A stretch of 64,000 nt of DNA from an uncultured Chloroflexia bacterium (GCA_963724295.1 CAVRUC010000002.1:224001-288000), one strand, 5' to 3'. Shown: positions 1 through 10,664, numbered from the stretch's first letter. Made by a program: numbers and translations. The notes: generated from the sequence alone by a model not told the origin.

Positions 1-1665
1 ACCGTGACGCCGGTGTTGACCCTCGTTCTCTACGCCAAGTCCTCGCCTGAGCGTTCGGCATCGCCAATCGTGCGACGCGTGCAAGGCGTGTACTCCCGAA
101 CGTTGGCACCGATGGTCAACCGCCCACGATGGGGATTTGCCCTCGCCGGAGCGCTGTTGGCGGTCGGTCTCATGGTTGTCCCGTCCCTGGGGCAGTCGAT
201 GCTACCGGCGTTCCAGGATCGGGATCTGCTGATTCACTGGGAAGCTGCCCCTGGCACGTCTCTCCCCGAGATGAACCGGATCACGACCCTGGTTAGCCAG
301 GAACTCGAGACGGTCCCCGGCGTGCGCAACGTCGGCGCTCACATCGGGCGCGCCATCACCTCGGATCAATCGTCCAGTGTCAACGCCGGCGAGGTCTGGG
401 TCAGCCTGGACCCAGCAGCGAACTACACCGCGACCGTCGCCGCCGTGCGCGACGTGGTCGACGGCTATCCCGGGCTCACCCGGGACGTCATGACCTATCC
501 CGAACAGCGAATTCGGGACGTCCTGACGGGGCAATCCGACGCCGTGGTCACTCGCCTCTACGGCAACGACTATGCGGTGCTCGGCGCCCAAGCGGAGAAG
601 ATCCGCGAGCGCATCGCGGGCATCGACGGCGTTGTCGACCCGCACGTGACCGCTCCGATTGACCAGCCGACGCTCGAGATCGAGGTTGACCTGGCCAAGG
701 CCCAGGCGGCCGAGATCAAGCCGGGCGACGTCCGCCGGGCCGCGGCCGCGCTGCTCTCCGGTGTTGAAGTGGGCAACCTCTTCGACGAGCAGAAGGTTTT
801 TGAGGTCGTGGTCTGGGGAGCGCCGGAAATTCGGCACAACCTCACCAGCATCAACAATCTTCTAATTGATACCCCCGCTGGCGACCATGTCCGACTCGGC
901 GATGTCGCCAAGGTCGGCTTGGTGCCGAGCCCGGCCAACATCGAACACGACGCCGTCTCGCGCTATGTCGATATTGGAGCCGACGTGCAAGGTCGAGACG
1001 TCGCTGACGTCGCTGCCGAGATCGACCAGGTTCTGGCTGGGATGCAACTGCCGCGGGAGTACCACACCGAGCTGCTCGGCGGATACGAGCAGCAGCAGGC
1101 CGGCGAGCGGCAGCTCATTGGCTTCGCAATCGCGGCAGCCATCGTCATCTTCCTGCTGCTGCAGGCCGCGTTCAACAGCTGGACGCTGGCGGGGCTGACG
1201 TTCGTGTCACTGCCGCTGGCACTAGCCGGCGGACTGGTCGCGATCTTCGCCAACGGCGGCATGATCTCGCTCGGTGCGCTGGCGGGGTTCCTGGCGATCC
1301 TCGGCATCGCGACGCGCAACGCGATCGTGCAGATCAAGACCTACCAACGGCTGGCGCAGGAGACCGGTGAACCGGTCAGCCAGGCGCTGGTCATGCAAGG
1401 CGCGCGCGAGCGGCTGGCGCCGATCGTGGCGACGGCTCTGGCGACCGGCCTGGCGTTGACCCCCCTGGCCGTGATCGGTCCAGTGGCCGGCAACGAAATC
1501 CTTCATCCAATGGCCGTGGTGATCCTGGGCGGGTTGGTGACAGCCACCCTGGTCAACCTGCTGGTCATTCCCTCCCTCTACCTGCGGTTCGTGCCCGCCA
1601 CGCAAGCGGAGACGGATCGCACGCCATGGACTGCCGGCCCGGCCGTCAGCCCGGTTTCGAACTGA
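1..1665 (+). CDS. CusA/CzcA-family RND efflux permease, C-terminal part (5' end outside window)
   Basis: Aligns by eye to the C-terminal half of the 2244-5399 RND protein (GVRNVGAHIG, RERLAPI, HPMAVVILGGLV). Confidence 0.9.
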   Translation, partial: TVTPVLTLVLYAKSSPERSASPIVRRVQGVYSRTLAPMVNRPRWGFALAGALLAVGLMVVPSLGQSMLPAFQDRDLLIHWEAAPGTSLPEMNRITTLVSQELETVPGVRNVGAHIGRAITSDQSSSVNAGEVWVSLDPAANYTATVAAVRDVVDGYPGLTRDVMTYPEQRIRDVLTGQSDAVVTRLYGNDYAVLGAQAEKIRERIAGIDGVVDPHVTAPIDQPTLEIEVDLAKAQAAEIKPGDVRRAAAALLSGVEVGNLFDEQKVFEVVVWGAPEIRHNLTSINNLLIDTPAGDHVRLGDVAKVGLVPSPANIEHDAVSRYVDIGADVQGRDVADVAAEIDQVLAGMQLPREYHTELLGGYEQQQAGERQLIGFAIAAAIVIFLLLQAAFNSWTLAGLTFVSLPLALAGGLVAIFANGGMISLGALAGFLAILGIATRNAIVQIKTYQRLAQETGEPVSQALVMQGARERLAPIVATALATGLALTPLAVIGPVAGNEILHPMAVVILGGLVTATLVNLLVIPSLYLRFVPATQAETDRTPWTAGPAVSPVSN

Positions 1666-1700
1666 TGCATAGGCACGAATGTCTCAAAAGGAGCAACACA

Positions 1701-2147
1701 ATGCGACGCACCAATCTCATTATCGTCGGAGCCGTCCTCGTTACCGGTATTGGCCTGGCGACGATAACCCAGGTCTCGGCCACCGTTGATGTGCCCGGGC
1801 ACACTGAAGCGGCCATCATCGAGGAGATCACCGGCACTGACCTCTACCGCTTGACGCTCACGGAGCGAGCGGCCGAGCGGGTCGGGCTCGAAACGGCAGC
1901 AATCGCCGAGCAACAGGTGGGCGGGAAGATCCAAAAGACGATCCCGTACTCCGCGGTCATCTACGACGCGGATGGCGGCACCTGGGCCTACACGACCAGC
2001 GAGCACCTGGTGTTTGCACGCGATGAGATCGGCGTCGAGCGGATCGACGGCGACACCGCCTACCTCAGTGACGGCCCAGCCGCTGGCACCGAGGTGGTAA
2101 CGGTCGGGGCAGCCGAGCTGGTCGGCCTGGAGCGATACAAGCACTAG
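1701..2147 (+). CDS. Small membrane-anchored or secreted RND accessory protein (adaptor-fragment-like)
   Basis: AAAGGAG RBS then ATG 1701; hydrophobic N-terminus; IPYSAVIYD and GTEVVTVGAAEL resemble the C-terminal part of membrane fusion proteins; lies between two RND genes. Confidence 0.7.
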   Translation: MRRTNLIIVGAVLVTGIGLATITQVSATVDVPGHTEAAIIEEITGTDLYRLTLTERAAERVGLETAAIAEQQVGGKIQKTIPYSAVIYDADGGTWAYTTSEHLVFARDEIGVERIDGDTAYLSDGPAAGTEVVTVGAAELVGLERYKH

Positions 2148-2243
2148 CCGCGCAGTGAGGTCCCTGGCCCCACAGCCAGGGACCTCGCCGCCCGTCGTTC
2201 GGGAAACCCTTTCCCTCTTGCATTGACGAGGAGGTCCACGCCC

Positions 2244-5200
2244 ATGATGCGTTGGATAGTCGGATCAAGCCTGAAGTTCAGATACCTCATGGTCGGTCTG
2301 GCGGTGGCGATGATGGTCTTCGGTGGCGGGCTTCTCCGCGCCATGCCGGTGGACGTCTTCCCCGAATTCGCCCCGCCGAAGGTGGAAGTTCAAACCTTGT
2401 GCATCGGCCTCTCAGCGGCCGATGTCGAAGCGCTGGTCACTGTCCCTATGGAACAGGCCCTCAACGGGTTGCCGGGACTCGATGTGATGCGCTCCAAATC
2501 GGTGCCCCAATACTCGTCGATCGTGATGCTCTTCGAGCCGGGCACAGACCTCATGACCGCCCGCCAGCGGGTGGCCGAGCGCATGCAGACTGCGATCCCG
2601 ACGTTGCCCACCTGGGCGGCGCCGCCCGTCATGCTGCAGCCGTTGTCGTCGACGAGCCGGATCATGAAGATCGGTCTGTCATCGGACGAGTTGTCGATGA
2701 TGGACATGTCGATGATCGCGTACTGGAAGATCCGGGCAAACCTGCTGCGCATCCCCGGGGTGGCGAACGTCGCTATCTGGGGTGAGCAGCTACAGATGAT
2801 GCAGGTCCAGGCCGACCCCCAGCGCCTGAAGGCGAACGACGTGTCGCTCGACCAGGTGATGCAGGTCACCGCAGACTCGCTCGAGGCCGGGCTCCTCCAA
2901 TACTCGGATGGAGCCGTGATCGGCACCGGCGGGTTCATCGACACGCCCAACCAGCGCCTCGGTATCCGCCACAAGCTCCCGATCGTCACCCCCGACGATC
3001 TGGCGCAGGTGGTCGTCGAGGACCGGGACGGGACGCCGCTTCGACTCGGCGACGTGGCCAACGTGGTCGAGGATCACCAGCCACTCCTGGGCGACGCCGT
3101 CATCAACGATGGTCCCGGGTTGATGCTCATCGTCGAGAAGCTACCCTGGGGCAACACGCTTGAGGTCTCGCGTCAGGTAGAGGCGGCGTTGGAGGAGATG
3201 AAGCCTGGTTTGCCCGGCTTGCAGATCGACTCCACCATCTTCCGCCCGGCCACCTTCATCGAGATGGCCATCGAGAACCTCACCATGGCGCTCTTCCTGG
3301 GCGTTCTGCTCGTGGTTCTGGTGCTCATCGCCTTCCTCTTCGAGTGGCGCACAGCACTGATCAGCGTGATCGCTATTCCGTTGTCGCTGGTCGCCGCTGG
3401 GATGGTGCTCTATTTACGCGGGGCCACCATCAACACGATGGTCTTAGCCGGGTTCGTCATCTCCGTCGGGGTGGTGGTCGACGACGCCATCATCGACATC
3501 GAGAACATCGTGCGCCGGCTGCGGCTGGCGCGGGAGGAAGGAAGCGACAAGTCGACGGCCTCGATCATCCTCGACGGCTCGTTGGAAGTGCGTAGCGCCA
3601 TCGTCTACGCCACGCTGATCGACGCCGCGGCGTTGTTGCCGGTCTTCTTCCTCGGCGGGTTGTCCGGCGCGTTCTTCCAGCCGCTTGCCATCTCCTATGC
3701 GCTAGCAGTGCTGGCCTCAATGGTCGTGGCGCTGACCGTCACCCCCGCTTTGGCGCTGATCCTGTTGCGCAAGGCACCGCTCGCGCATCGCGTCTCGCCG
3801 CTGGTGCCGTGGCTGCAGCGGGGCTATGGCGGAGCGCTGGAGCGCATCGTACGCAAGCCTGGCTATGCATTCCTGACCGTCGCCGTCGTCGCGGTAATCG
3901 GTGTCGGGTCCTTCACGCAACTCGGCAACACGCTGCTCCCGGAATTCAAGGAGCGCGACTTTTTGATGCATTGGGTAACCGATCCCGCCACGTCGCACCC
4001 GGAGGAGGTGCGGATCACGACCCTCGCCAGTAAAGAGCTGCGTGCCATCCCCGGCGTGCGCAACTTCGGCGCCCACATCGGACAGGCCTTCCAGGGCGAT
4101 GAGGTGTACGGCGTCTACTTCGGTGAGAACTGGATCAGCGTCGATCCATCCGTCGATTACGACAAAACGCGAGACGCGGTCCAGGAGGTTGTCGACGGCT
4201 ACCCCGGTCTCAAACGGGATGTCCAGACCTACCTCAAGGAACGCATGAAGGAAGTTCTCACCGGCTCTGGCTATTCGATCGTGGTGCGCGTCTACGGTCC
4301 AGATCAGGAGGTGCTGAAAGCCAAGGCTGAAGAGATCCATCAGATCATGAGCGGCATCGACGGCGTCGTCGACGAGCACGTCAGCACGCAAATGGTCGAC
4401 GTGCCGCAAGTCGAAATCGAAGTTGACCTGCCCGCGGCGCAGAAGTACGGCCTCAAGCCGGGTGACGTGCGGCGGGCGGCAGCCACCCTCATGGCCGGCG
4501 AAGAAGTGGGCGATATCTTCCGTGATGGCAAGGCCTACGACGTCGTCGTCTGGAGTGAGCCCGCAACGCGTCAGAGCGTGACCGACATTCGCGAACTGCT
4601 GCTCGACACGCCTGACGGCGGACACGTCCAGCTGGATGAGGTTGCCGATGTTCGGCTCGCTCCCTCGCCAAACGCGATCTCCCATGAGAATCTCTCGCGA
4701 CGACTCGACGTCGAAGCCAATGTCCGTGACGGGGATCTCGGCGCGGTCGTCGGCGATGTCGAACGCGCGGTGCAGCAGGTCGAGTTTCCACGCGAATACC
4801 ACGCCGAGGTGTTAGGCGAGTGGGCCGAGCGCCAGGCGGCGCAGGAAACGATGCGCAATATGGCGGTTCTCGCTGCCATCGCGGTCTTCTTCCTCCTGGT
4901 GGCGTCGTTCAGCGGCAACGTCGGATTGGCGGCGCTGATCTTCGTGACCCTGCCCTCGGCATTGGTCGGCGGCATCATCGCGACCCGGATCACCGATCCG
5001 GTCATCTCCCTCGGCTCGCTGGTCGGTTTCTTCACGGTCCTGGGCATCGCTGCCCGCAACGGAATCATGATGATCAGCCACTACCAGCACCTGGAGCGTG
5101 AGGAGGGCGAGGAGTTCGGCACCGGTCTCATCATCCGCGGGGCGAAGGAGCGGCTGGCGCCGATCCTGATGACGGCCCTGGCGACTGGGTTGGCGCTCGT

Positions 5201-5399
5201 GCCCCTGGTCTACAAGGGGAGCATTCCGGGTCATGAGATCGAGCACCCGATGGCGGTTGTCATCCTGGGCGGTCTGGTGACCTCGACGCTGCTCAACCTC
5301 TTTGTGGTCCCAGCTCTTTACCTGCGGTTTGGTAGAAGCAACGGAAACTTCTTCTCGAAATGGAAGAATCTCCGGTTCGCGCGCCTACGAACCTCGTAG
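2244..5399 (+). CDS. CusA/CzcA-family heavy-metal RND efflux permease
   Basis: About 1050 aa; MPVDVFPEFAPP start, DDAIIDIEN in TM4, multiple TM segments; GAGGAGG RBS. Confidence 0.92.
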   Translation: MMRWIVGSSLKFRYLMVGLAVAMMVFGGGLLRAMPVDVFPEFAPPKVEVQTLCIGLSAADVEALVTVPMEQALNGLPGLDVMRSKSVPQYSSIVMLFEPGTDLMTARQRVAERMQTAIPTLPTWAAPPVMLQPLSSTSRIMKIGLSSDELSMMDMSMIAYWKIRANLLRIPGVANVAIWGEQLQMMQVQADPQRLKANDVSLDQVMQVTADSLEAGLLQYSDGAVIGTGGFIDTPNQRLGIRHKLPIVTPDDLAQVVVEDRDGTPLRLGDVANVVEDHQPLLGDAVINDGPGLMLIVEKLPWGNTLEVSRQVEAALEEMKPGLPGLQIDSTIFRPATFIEMAIENLTMALFLGVLLVVLVLIAFLFEWRTALISVIAIPLSLVAAGMVLYLRGATINTMVLAGFVISVGVVVDDAIIDIENIVRRLRLAREEGSDKSTASIILDGSLEVRSAIVYATLIDAAALLPVFFLGGLSGAFFQPLAISYALAVLASMVVALTVTPALALILLRKAPLAHRVSPLVPWLQRGYGGALERIVRKPGYAFLTVAVVAVIGVGSFTQLGNTLLPEFKERDFLMHWVTDPATSHPEEVRITTLASKELRAIPGVRNFGAHIGQAFQGDEVYGVYFGENWISVDPSVDYDKTRDAVQEVVDGYPGLKRDVQTYLKERMKEVLTGSGYSIVVRVYGPDQEVLKAKAEEIHQIMSGIDGVVDEHVSTQMVDVPQVEIEVDLPAAQKYGLKPGDVRRAAATLMAGEEVGDIFRDGKAYDVVVWSEPATRQSVTDIRELLLDTPDGGHVQLDEVADVRLAPSPNAISHENLSRRLDVEANVRDGDLGAVVGDVERAVQQVEFPREYHAEVLGEWAERQAAQETMRNMAVLAAIAVFFLLVASFSGNVGLAALIFVTLPSALVGGIIATRITDPVISLGSLVGFFTVLGIAARNGIMMISHYQHLEREEGEEFGTGLIIRGAKERLAPILMTALATGLALVPLVYKGSIPGHEIEHPMAVVILGGLVTSTLLNLFVVPALYLRFGRSNGNFFSKWKNLRFARLRTS

Positions 5400-5415
5400 G
5401 CTGACGCATAGCGCA

Positions 5416-5450
5416 GGCTCCGTTCCGGTGCTATGCGCCGGAACGGAGCC
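5416..5450. terminator. 16-bp hairpin after the RND operon
   Basis: GGCTCCGTTCCGGTGC-tat-GCGCCGGAACGGAGCC (one G-U pair); no U-tract. Confidence 0.5.
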
Positions 5451-5475
5451 AAGCGACTCAGAAAGGAGAGTCGCC

Positions 5476-5559
5476 ATGCAACATATCAGTAGCACGTCGG
5501 AGAGCAGTGGGCTTTGGGCCCACACCGGCCGGTCTGAGGCCAACCCGGCGCCAAACTGA
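5476..5559 (+). CDS. Candidate 27-aa small protein
   Basis: GAAAGGAG RBS before ATG 5476; MQHISSTSESSGLWAHTGRSEANPAPN; flanked by two hairpins. Confidence 0.3.
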   Translation: MQHISSTSESSGLWAHTGRSEANPAPN

Positions 5560-5568
5560 TTCCCGACC

Positions 5569-5611
5569 GCGGAGCTGGATCAGGAGTCGATTGCTCCTGA
5601 TCCAGCTCCGC
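5569..5611. terminator. Perfect 18-bp inverted repeat
   Basis: GCGGAGCTGGATCAGGAG-N7-CTCCTGATCCAGCTCCGC. Confidence 0.5.
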
Positions 5612-5961
5612 GTCTGACAACCCAGGCAAACGATCTCGAACCATGTTGTATCAGCCATCGCGAAGCGGCGGATCGAGGTGTCACCTTCACCGGGCAAAGG
5701 CAATGTTCAGCAAACATTGCCAAGTTGACCGGTGGAGGTATTTGCCATAAGCTGAGGCTCTCGCTCACGCAATTGATAATTCACCAGACGCGATCACCGA
5801 GGCGTCAGATGACCTCGCGACGAGCAGAGACCACACGAGTGCGCTGAGCCCATCCAGTTAATAAGAGGTTGTCGCCATGTCGAGAAGGAAGCCTGCTTGT
5901 TCAAATCTGGAGGCTGAGTAGCAGTCACAAGCGGTGATGGTCGCGGAACTGAGGAATCGCC

Positions 5962-8900
5962 ATGGACGCGGACCCAGTACTCGAGATACGGCTGCTTGGA
6001 CGGTTTGAAACCCGGGTCGGCACCCAGATCGTGCCGTCGACAGTCTGGCGGCAGCGCCGGGCCGCGGCTATTGTCAAACTCCTGGCTCTGGAACCCGGCC
6101 ATCGGCTGCATCGCGAGCAACTCATTGACACACTTTGGCCCGATTTCGATCCTGTTAGTGCTGCCAATAACCTGCGCGGGGCGTTGCATCATGCCCGGCT
6201 CGGGCTGGAACAATCCGGTGCCCCGGCTGGAGTCTTCCTGGCGCGCGACGGAGATCAGCTCGTCCTCGGGCCGCAAGATCGACTCGCGGTTGATGTCGAT
6301 GCCTTTACCGAGGCCGCCAGTCGCGCCTGGCATAGTGCCGATCCGGCCATCGCCAAACATGCCTCCGAACTCTATGGCGGTGACCTCTTGCCGGACGATC
6401 CATATGAAGAGTGGGCCGCCGCGCGGCGCGAGGGTCTTCGCTCGAGCTATCTCACGGTACTGACCCGGCTGGCCGGGTTGCATGAGGAGCGGGGAGAACG
6501 TCCTCATGCCATCGCCGTTCACGAACGCATCCTGCGCACCGACCCGCTCGATGAGGCGGCGCACGCGGGACTCATGCGACTACATGCCCAGATGGGCAAT
6601 CCTCAGCTCGCCCTGGCGCACTATGCACGGCTAGAGTCACTCCTCGATCGCGAACTGGGAGTTGCCCCCGACCCGGCGACCCAGGCGCTCGCGGCGGCGA
6701 TCCGAGCGGGTCGGATAACAGCAGTCCCGGCTCCCTCACCCCCAGTATCGGCGCCACAACCTCAGGTCAGCGCGGCCATTGCGCCAGGTGCTCGGCTTCC
6801 GGCCCCGGTCGATGCCCTCGTCGGACGCGAACGAGAAATGGCCGAGCTCGATCGGCTGCTGGCCGCGGCCCGCTTGGTGACCCTCACCGGCCCGGGGGGC
6901 ATTGGCAAGACCCGGTTGTCGCAGGAGGTAGCTCGGGCGTCCAGTGCGCGGTTCCCGGATGGGGTGGCCTTCGTCGATCTGGCGCCGCTGCCCGATCCAT
7001 CCTTCGTGCTGCCGACCATCGCTCGGGCGCTTGGTGTTGACGAGACCGGCGACCGGCCGATCCATGAGCTCGTCCTGGGCATCGTCGGCGAGCGGCGTCT
7101 GCTCCTGGTGCTCGACAATTTCGAACACCTGACCGCGGCCGCGCCAGATCTGGCCGTCATTCTGGCCAACTGCACGCGGGTGACAGTGCTGGCCACGAGC
7201 CGGTTGCGATTACGACTACGGGGCGAGCAGGAGTATCCCGTCCTGCCCCTGGCGCTGCCTGAGAGCACAGCCAATCGTGATAAAGCAACCCTCTCCCAGC
7301 TGTCGCAGGTGGCGGCAATCGAATTGTTCGCGAGCCGCGCGATGGACGCACGTCCCGGCTTCGCCTTGACGGATCAGAATATCGATACCGTCGTGGCCAT
7401 CTGCCGGCGGCTCGACGGGTTGCCGCTGGCCATCGAGCTGGCAGCGGCGCAAGTACGGGTGCTGGCTCCGGCTCAATTGCTGCAACGATTGGCGCGCCTT
7501 CTCGATGCGCTCGGCACTGCCGCCCAGGATGTCCCGGCTCGGCAGCGAACATTGCGTAACGCGATCGCCTGGAGCCACGATCTGCTCACGCGGCAGGAGC
7601 AAGTCTTCTTCCGTCGGCTCGGCATCTTTGTCGGTGGGTGGTCACTGGACGGGGCGGAGGCGATCGCGAGCATCACCGGCGACACGAGCATGATCGACAC
7701 CGTGGGAACGCTGGCCGGCCTGATCGACCACAGCCTGGTCGAAGCGAGACAAGGTCCTGACGATGCCGAGCTGCGCTACTCCATGCTGGAGACCATCCGG
7801 CAGTTCGCGGTGGAGCAGCTGGACATAAGTGACGAAGCGATGTCAGTGCGGACCGCATTTGAGCGGTTTCTCATCGATCTTGCGACGAGGGCCGAGACTG
7901 GGCTTCGGGGAGCAGAGCAGGCCTACTGGCTCGATCGGTTGGAGACCGAGCACGACAACTTCCGAGCTGCCCTAGGGGCTGCGCTCGACAGCGGCAATGG
8001 CGATGTCGCACTCCAGCTCGCCTCAAGGCTCTGGGTGTTCTGGTGGACACGTGGCTTTCCGGCGGAGGGACGCTCCTGGCTGCAACGTACCCTTGACATC
8101 GCCTCTGACAGTGATTTGACGGCTCGCGCCGCCGCGGAATACGGACTGGGCAGGCACTCGATCATCCTCGGGAACTACGAGGCGGCCAGCCAGCACTTGG
8201 AGGTAAGCCTGGCTCTCAGGCGGACGTTGGGGGATGCCGCGGGTCAGGCCGCGACGCTGAACGAGTTGGCGCTCGTTGCGGTGAATCGAGGCGAGCTTGG
8301 CCAGGCGGGTACGCTCGGCCAGGAAGCATTACACATCGCGAGCGCGGCCGACGATTTGCGCGGTATTGGCACCGCGTTGCGCAATTTGGGAATGGTTGCA
8401 CGCGAGCAGGGTGACTACACACGCGCTGCCGAGCTCTACGGTCAATCCTTGACAATCTGGCGCCAGCTCAATGACCCGAGGTGGATAGCAATCGTCGCCA
8501 GTTCGCTCGGCATCACGCACCGGTATGAAGGCAACACACAGCAAGCGCTCGCCATGCTTGGTGAGAGCCAAGACCTGTTCTCGCGACTGGGTGATCGCTA
8601 CATGCTCGGTGTCGTGGCCCACAATCTGGGACATCTCGGGCTGGCCGACGATGAGCTCGATCGGGCGCTCGCGCATTACCTGGATGCCCTCGAACACTTC
8701 ACGGCAGTCGGGGCGCCGGAAGCTACTGTCGAGTCGATCGAGTGGGTTGCCGTAGCGTTGGCCGGCAAACGGCTCGCGGTTCCGGCCTTGCGGCTCCTTG
8801 GAGCCGCGACGGCTGCCCGCGAATCGCTTGCGCTCCCACCTCCGACGGAGGCAGATCGACGGCTCGTTGCTGCGGGACTAGAGCACGCGATTCAGGAGGC

Positions 8901-9027
8901 CGGGAGCGGTGGACAGGGTGCATTTGCCGCGGGACGCGCGCTCTCCTTGGATCAGGCACGGGATGAGGCGATTAGCTTGGCAAATGAGGCGCTAGAGACG
9001 TCAAGTCAGCCTGTGACCCGTTGCTGA
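5962..9027 (+). CDS. BTAD/AfsR-like STAND ATPase-TPR transcriptional regulator
   Basis: N-terminal wHTH+BTAD (IRLLGRF, DPLDEAAH), Walker [32 protein letters not shown]-like C-terminus. Confidence 0.9.
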   Translation: MDADPVLEIRLLGRFETRVGTQIVPSTVWRQRRAAAIVKLLALEPGHRLHREQLIDTLWPDFDPVSAANNLRGALHHARLGLEQSGAPAGVFLARDGDQLVLGPQDRLAVDVDAFTEAASRAWHSADPAIAKHASELYGGDLLPDDPYEEWAAARREGLRSSYLTVLTRLAGLHEERGERPHAIAVHERILRTDPLDEAAHAGLMRLHAQMGNPQLALAHYARLESLLDRELGVAPDPATQALAAAIRAGRITAVPAPSPPVSAPQPQVSAAIAPGARLPAPVDALVGREREMAELDRLLAAARLVTLTGPGGIGKTRLSQEVARASSARFPDGVAFVDLAPLPDPSFVLPTIARALGVDETGDRPIHELVLGIVGERRLLLVLDNFEHLTAAAPDLAVILANCTRVTVLATSRLRLRLRGEQEYPVLPLALPESTANRDKATLSQLSQVAAIELFASRAMDARPGFALTDQNIDTVVAICRRLDGLPLAIELAAAQVRVLAPAQLLQRLARLLDALGTAAQDVPARQRTLRNAIAWSHDLLTRQEQVFFRRLGIFVGGWSLDGAEAIASITGDTSMIDTVGTLAGLIDHSLVEARQGPDDAELRYSMLETIRQFAVEQLDISDEAMSVRTAFERFLIDLATRAETGLRGAEQAYWLDRLETEHDNFRAALGAALDSGNGDVALQLASRLWVFWWTRGFPAEGRSWLQRTLDIASDSDLTARAAAEYGLGRHSIILGNYEAASQHLEVSLALRRTLGDAAGQAATLNELALVAVNRGELGQAGTLGQEALHIASAADDLRGIGTALRNLGMVAREQGDYTRAAELYGQSLTIWRQLNDPRWIAIVASSLGITHRYEGNTQQALAMLGESQDLFSRLGDRYMLGVVAHNLGHLGLADDELDRALAHYLDALEHFTAVGAPEATVESIEWVAVALAGKRLAVPALRLLGAATAARESLALPPPTEADRRLVAAGLEHAIQEAGSGGQGAFAAGRALSLDQARDEAISLANEALETSSQPVTRC

Positions 9028-9037
9028 GCAAGGAGCC

Positions 9038-9862
9038 TCAGTGGCACCCGCTTGGTGGGTTGAAAAATGCCCAGGCCATCCCGACCGGCGCAGAATCAGA
9101 CGATGCGGGATCACCTTGAACAAACTCTACGCCCTCAGTCGAGGCCACACGAGGCGCTTCCTCGTACGACCTGACCCAGGAGAATTCCTGATCATTCTGT
9201 ATTTGGGGATAGATCAGCAAGGATCCTTCCTGGCCCTCGATCAGGCACCAGAGACAGTAATTCCCGGCGGGAGCTAGCACCCTGAACCCCTCTTCGAGCA
9301 GAACGGCGACCCGCGACGATTCTTCCATGTCCGGGGGAGGCGTGACTGTGCACAGGTCCGTACAAGGCCGGCCGTTCTCGTCAGGGACAAAGGCACCCTC
9401 TCGCACGGTGTATGTCAACCCTGGATCTGGCGGATCAGCCCAATTTCCTCTGACATCCATGAGGGAGATGTTCGTACCCTCTGGAGGATCGACGGTGAAC
9501 GACGGCGACTCCGGCAATACATTGAGGACAAACGATCCCGACTCGACTATCACGACCATAAACTCAGCACCTTTGATTTCGGGAACTTGGGGACGGTACT
9601 GAGTAACATTTTCGTCGAACGTAAAGGGGACCCGAAATCCACTTCGCAACCGGGTGCTGACGCTCCTCTGCTGACTGACGTCTTGGCGATCCAGGCCAAT
9701 GCCGACCAAGAACTCGTCGAGCGGTGCAGGGTCGTCAATCGCTTCAGGGGCGCCGACACCATTCCAGTAGGCGAGCTCCTGTTCTTGGCCCGAAGCTAGG
9801 AAACCCCCAAGTGGCGAGAAACTGATCAATGCAACGATGACGAGGATGAACAGTCGTCGCAT
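9038..9862 (-). CDS. Secreted hypothetical protein
   Basis: MRRLFILVIVALISF signal peptide, AAAGGA RBS, 274 aa. Confidence 0.7.
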   Translation of the reverse strand: MRRLFILVIVALISFSPLGGFLASGQEQELAYWNGVGAPEAIDDPAPLDEFLVGIGLDRQDVSQQRSVSTRLRSGFRVPFTFDENVTQYRPQVPEIKGAEFMVVIVESGSFVLNVLPESPSFTVDPPEGTNISLMDVRGNWADPPDPGLTYTVREGAFVPDENGRPCTDLCTVTPPPDMEESSRVAVLLEEGFRVLAPAGNYCLWCLIEGQEGSLLIYPQIQNDQEFSWVRSYEEAPRVASTEGVEFVQGDPASSDSAPVGMAWAFFNPPSGCH

Positions 9863-10547
9863 CGCGAAGTCCTTTCAGCGAGCCTGCGGCACTCCAAACG
9901 GGATAAGTACAGAGTGATCCCTCGTTCTTGTTGTACTCAGTGTCTGTAGCATAGCGGTGATAGATCGCAATAGCAATACGTTTCACCACTGCGCCGAAGC
10001 GCAATCGCCGCTTGCCTCCCTCGTGTCTCGGAGGAAAAAGCGCGCTTCCAGGCTGATGGCGGCCGGTCCCTCGCCGACGAACCGCACCCGGGCTGACTTC
10101 CGAAACGGGATGCCGCGGCTCGCGGGACTCCTCAAGGTGGCGCTGCTGGTAGCGCCGACCATACGAAGACCGCATCAAACTCCGTACAAATCTACGCAGT
10201 TCTACTGATGGCGCCAGAAGCGCTGGGCCGCACTATAGATGCACGCCAGATGGTCTGGCGCTGGAGCCCGATAGAGACCGCACCAGGTGCGGTGCGCCGA
10301 TTAAAAGGAGCCTAGCTTCGATCTCTCTAGATTCCCCAACTGGGCTCGGTGAGTCCAGCCGCTCACCAGGCTCATGCTGTTTCGCCACGTCACCATCCCT
10401 GACGTGGCCCCCTCCCTCCCAGGCAGGGTCACCCGTTACGGGTGACCCTGCCCCCTCCAAGGGTGGAGCAGGACACGATCGGTAGGACGCGCGTAGTCGT
10501 CCGTTCGGGATAGCTGGGGAGATCTTAGTCACCGGCAGGGAAACGCA

Positions 10548-10664
10548 ATGGACACGACGATCACGGTTATCTGCGCTGCTTTGTTCATCTGGATCGGGCT
10601 GGGACGTGCTACGACGCCCAGGGAAATCCGGGGTTGGTCAACGAAACCTCCAGAAATGCCATAG
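10548..10664 (+). CDS. Candidate 38-aa single-TM small protein
   Basis: MDTTITVICAALFIWIGLGRATTPREIRGWSTKPPEMP; AGGGA upstream; below the ORF-track cutoff. Confidence 0.3.
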   Translation: MDTTITVICAALFIWIGLGRATTPREIRGWSTKPPEMP

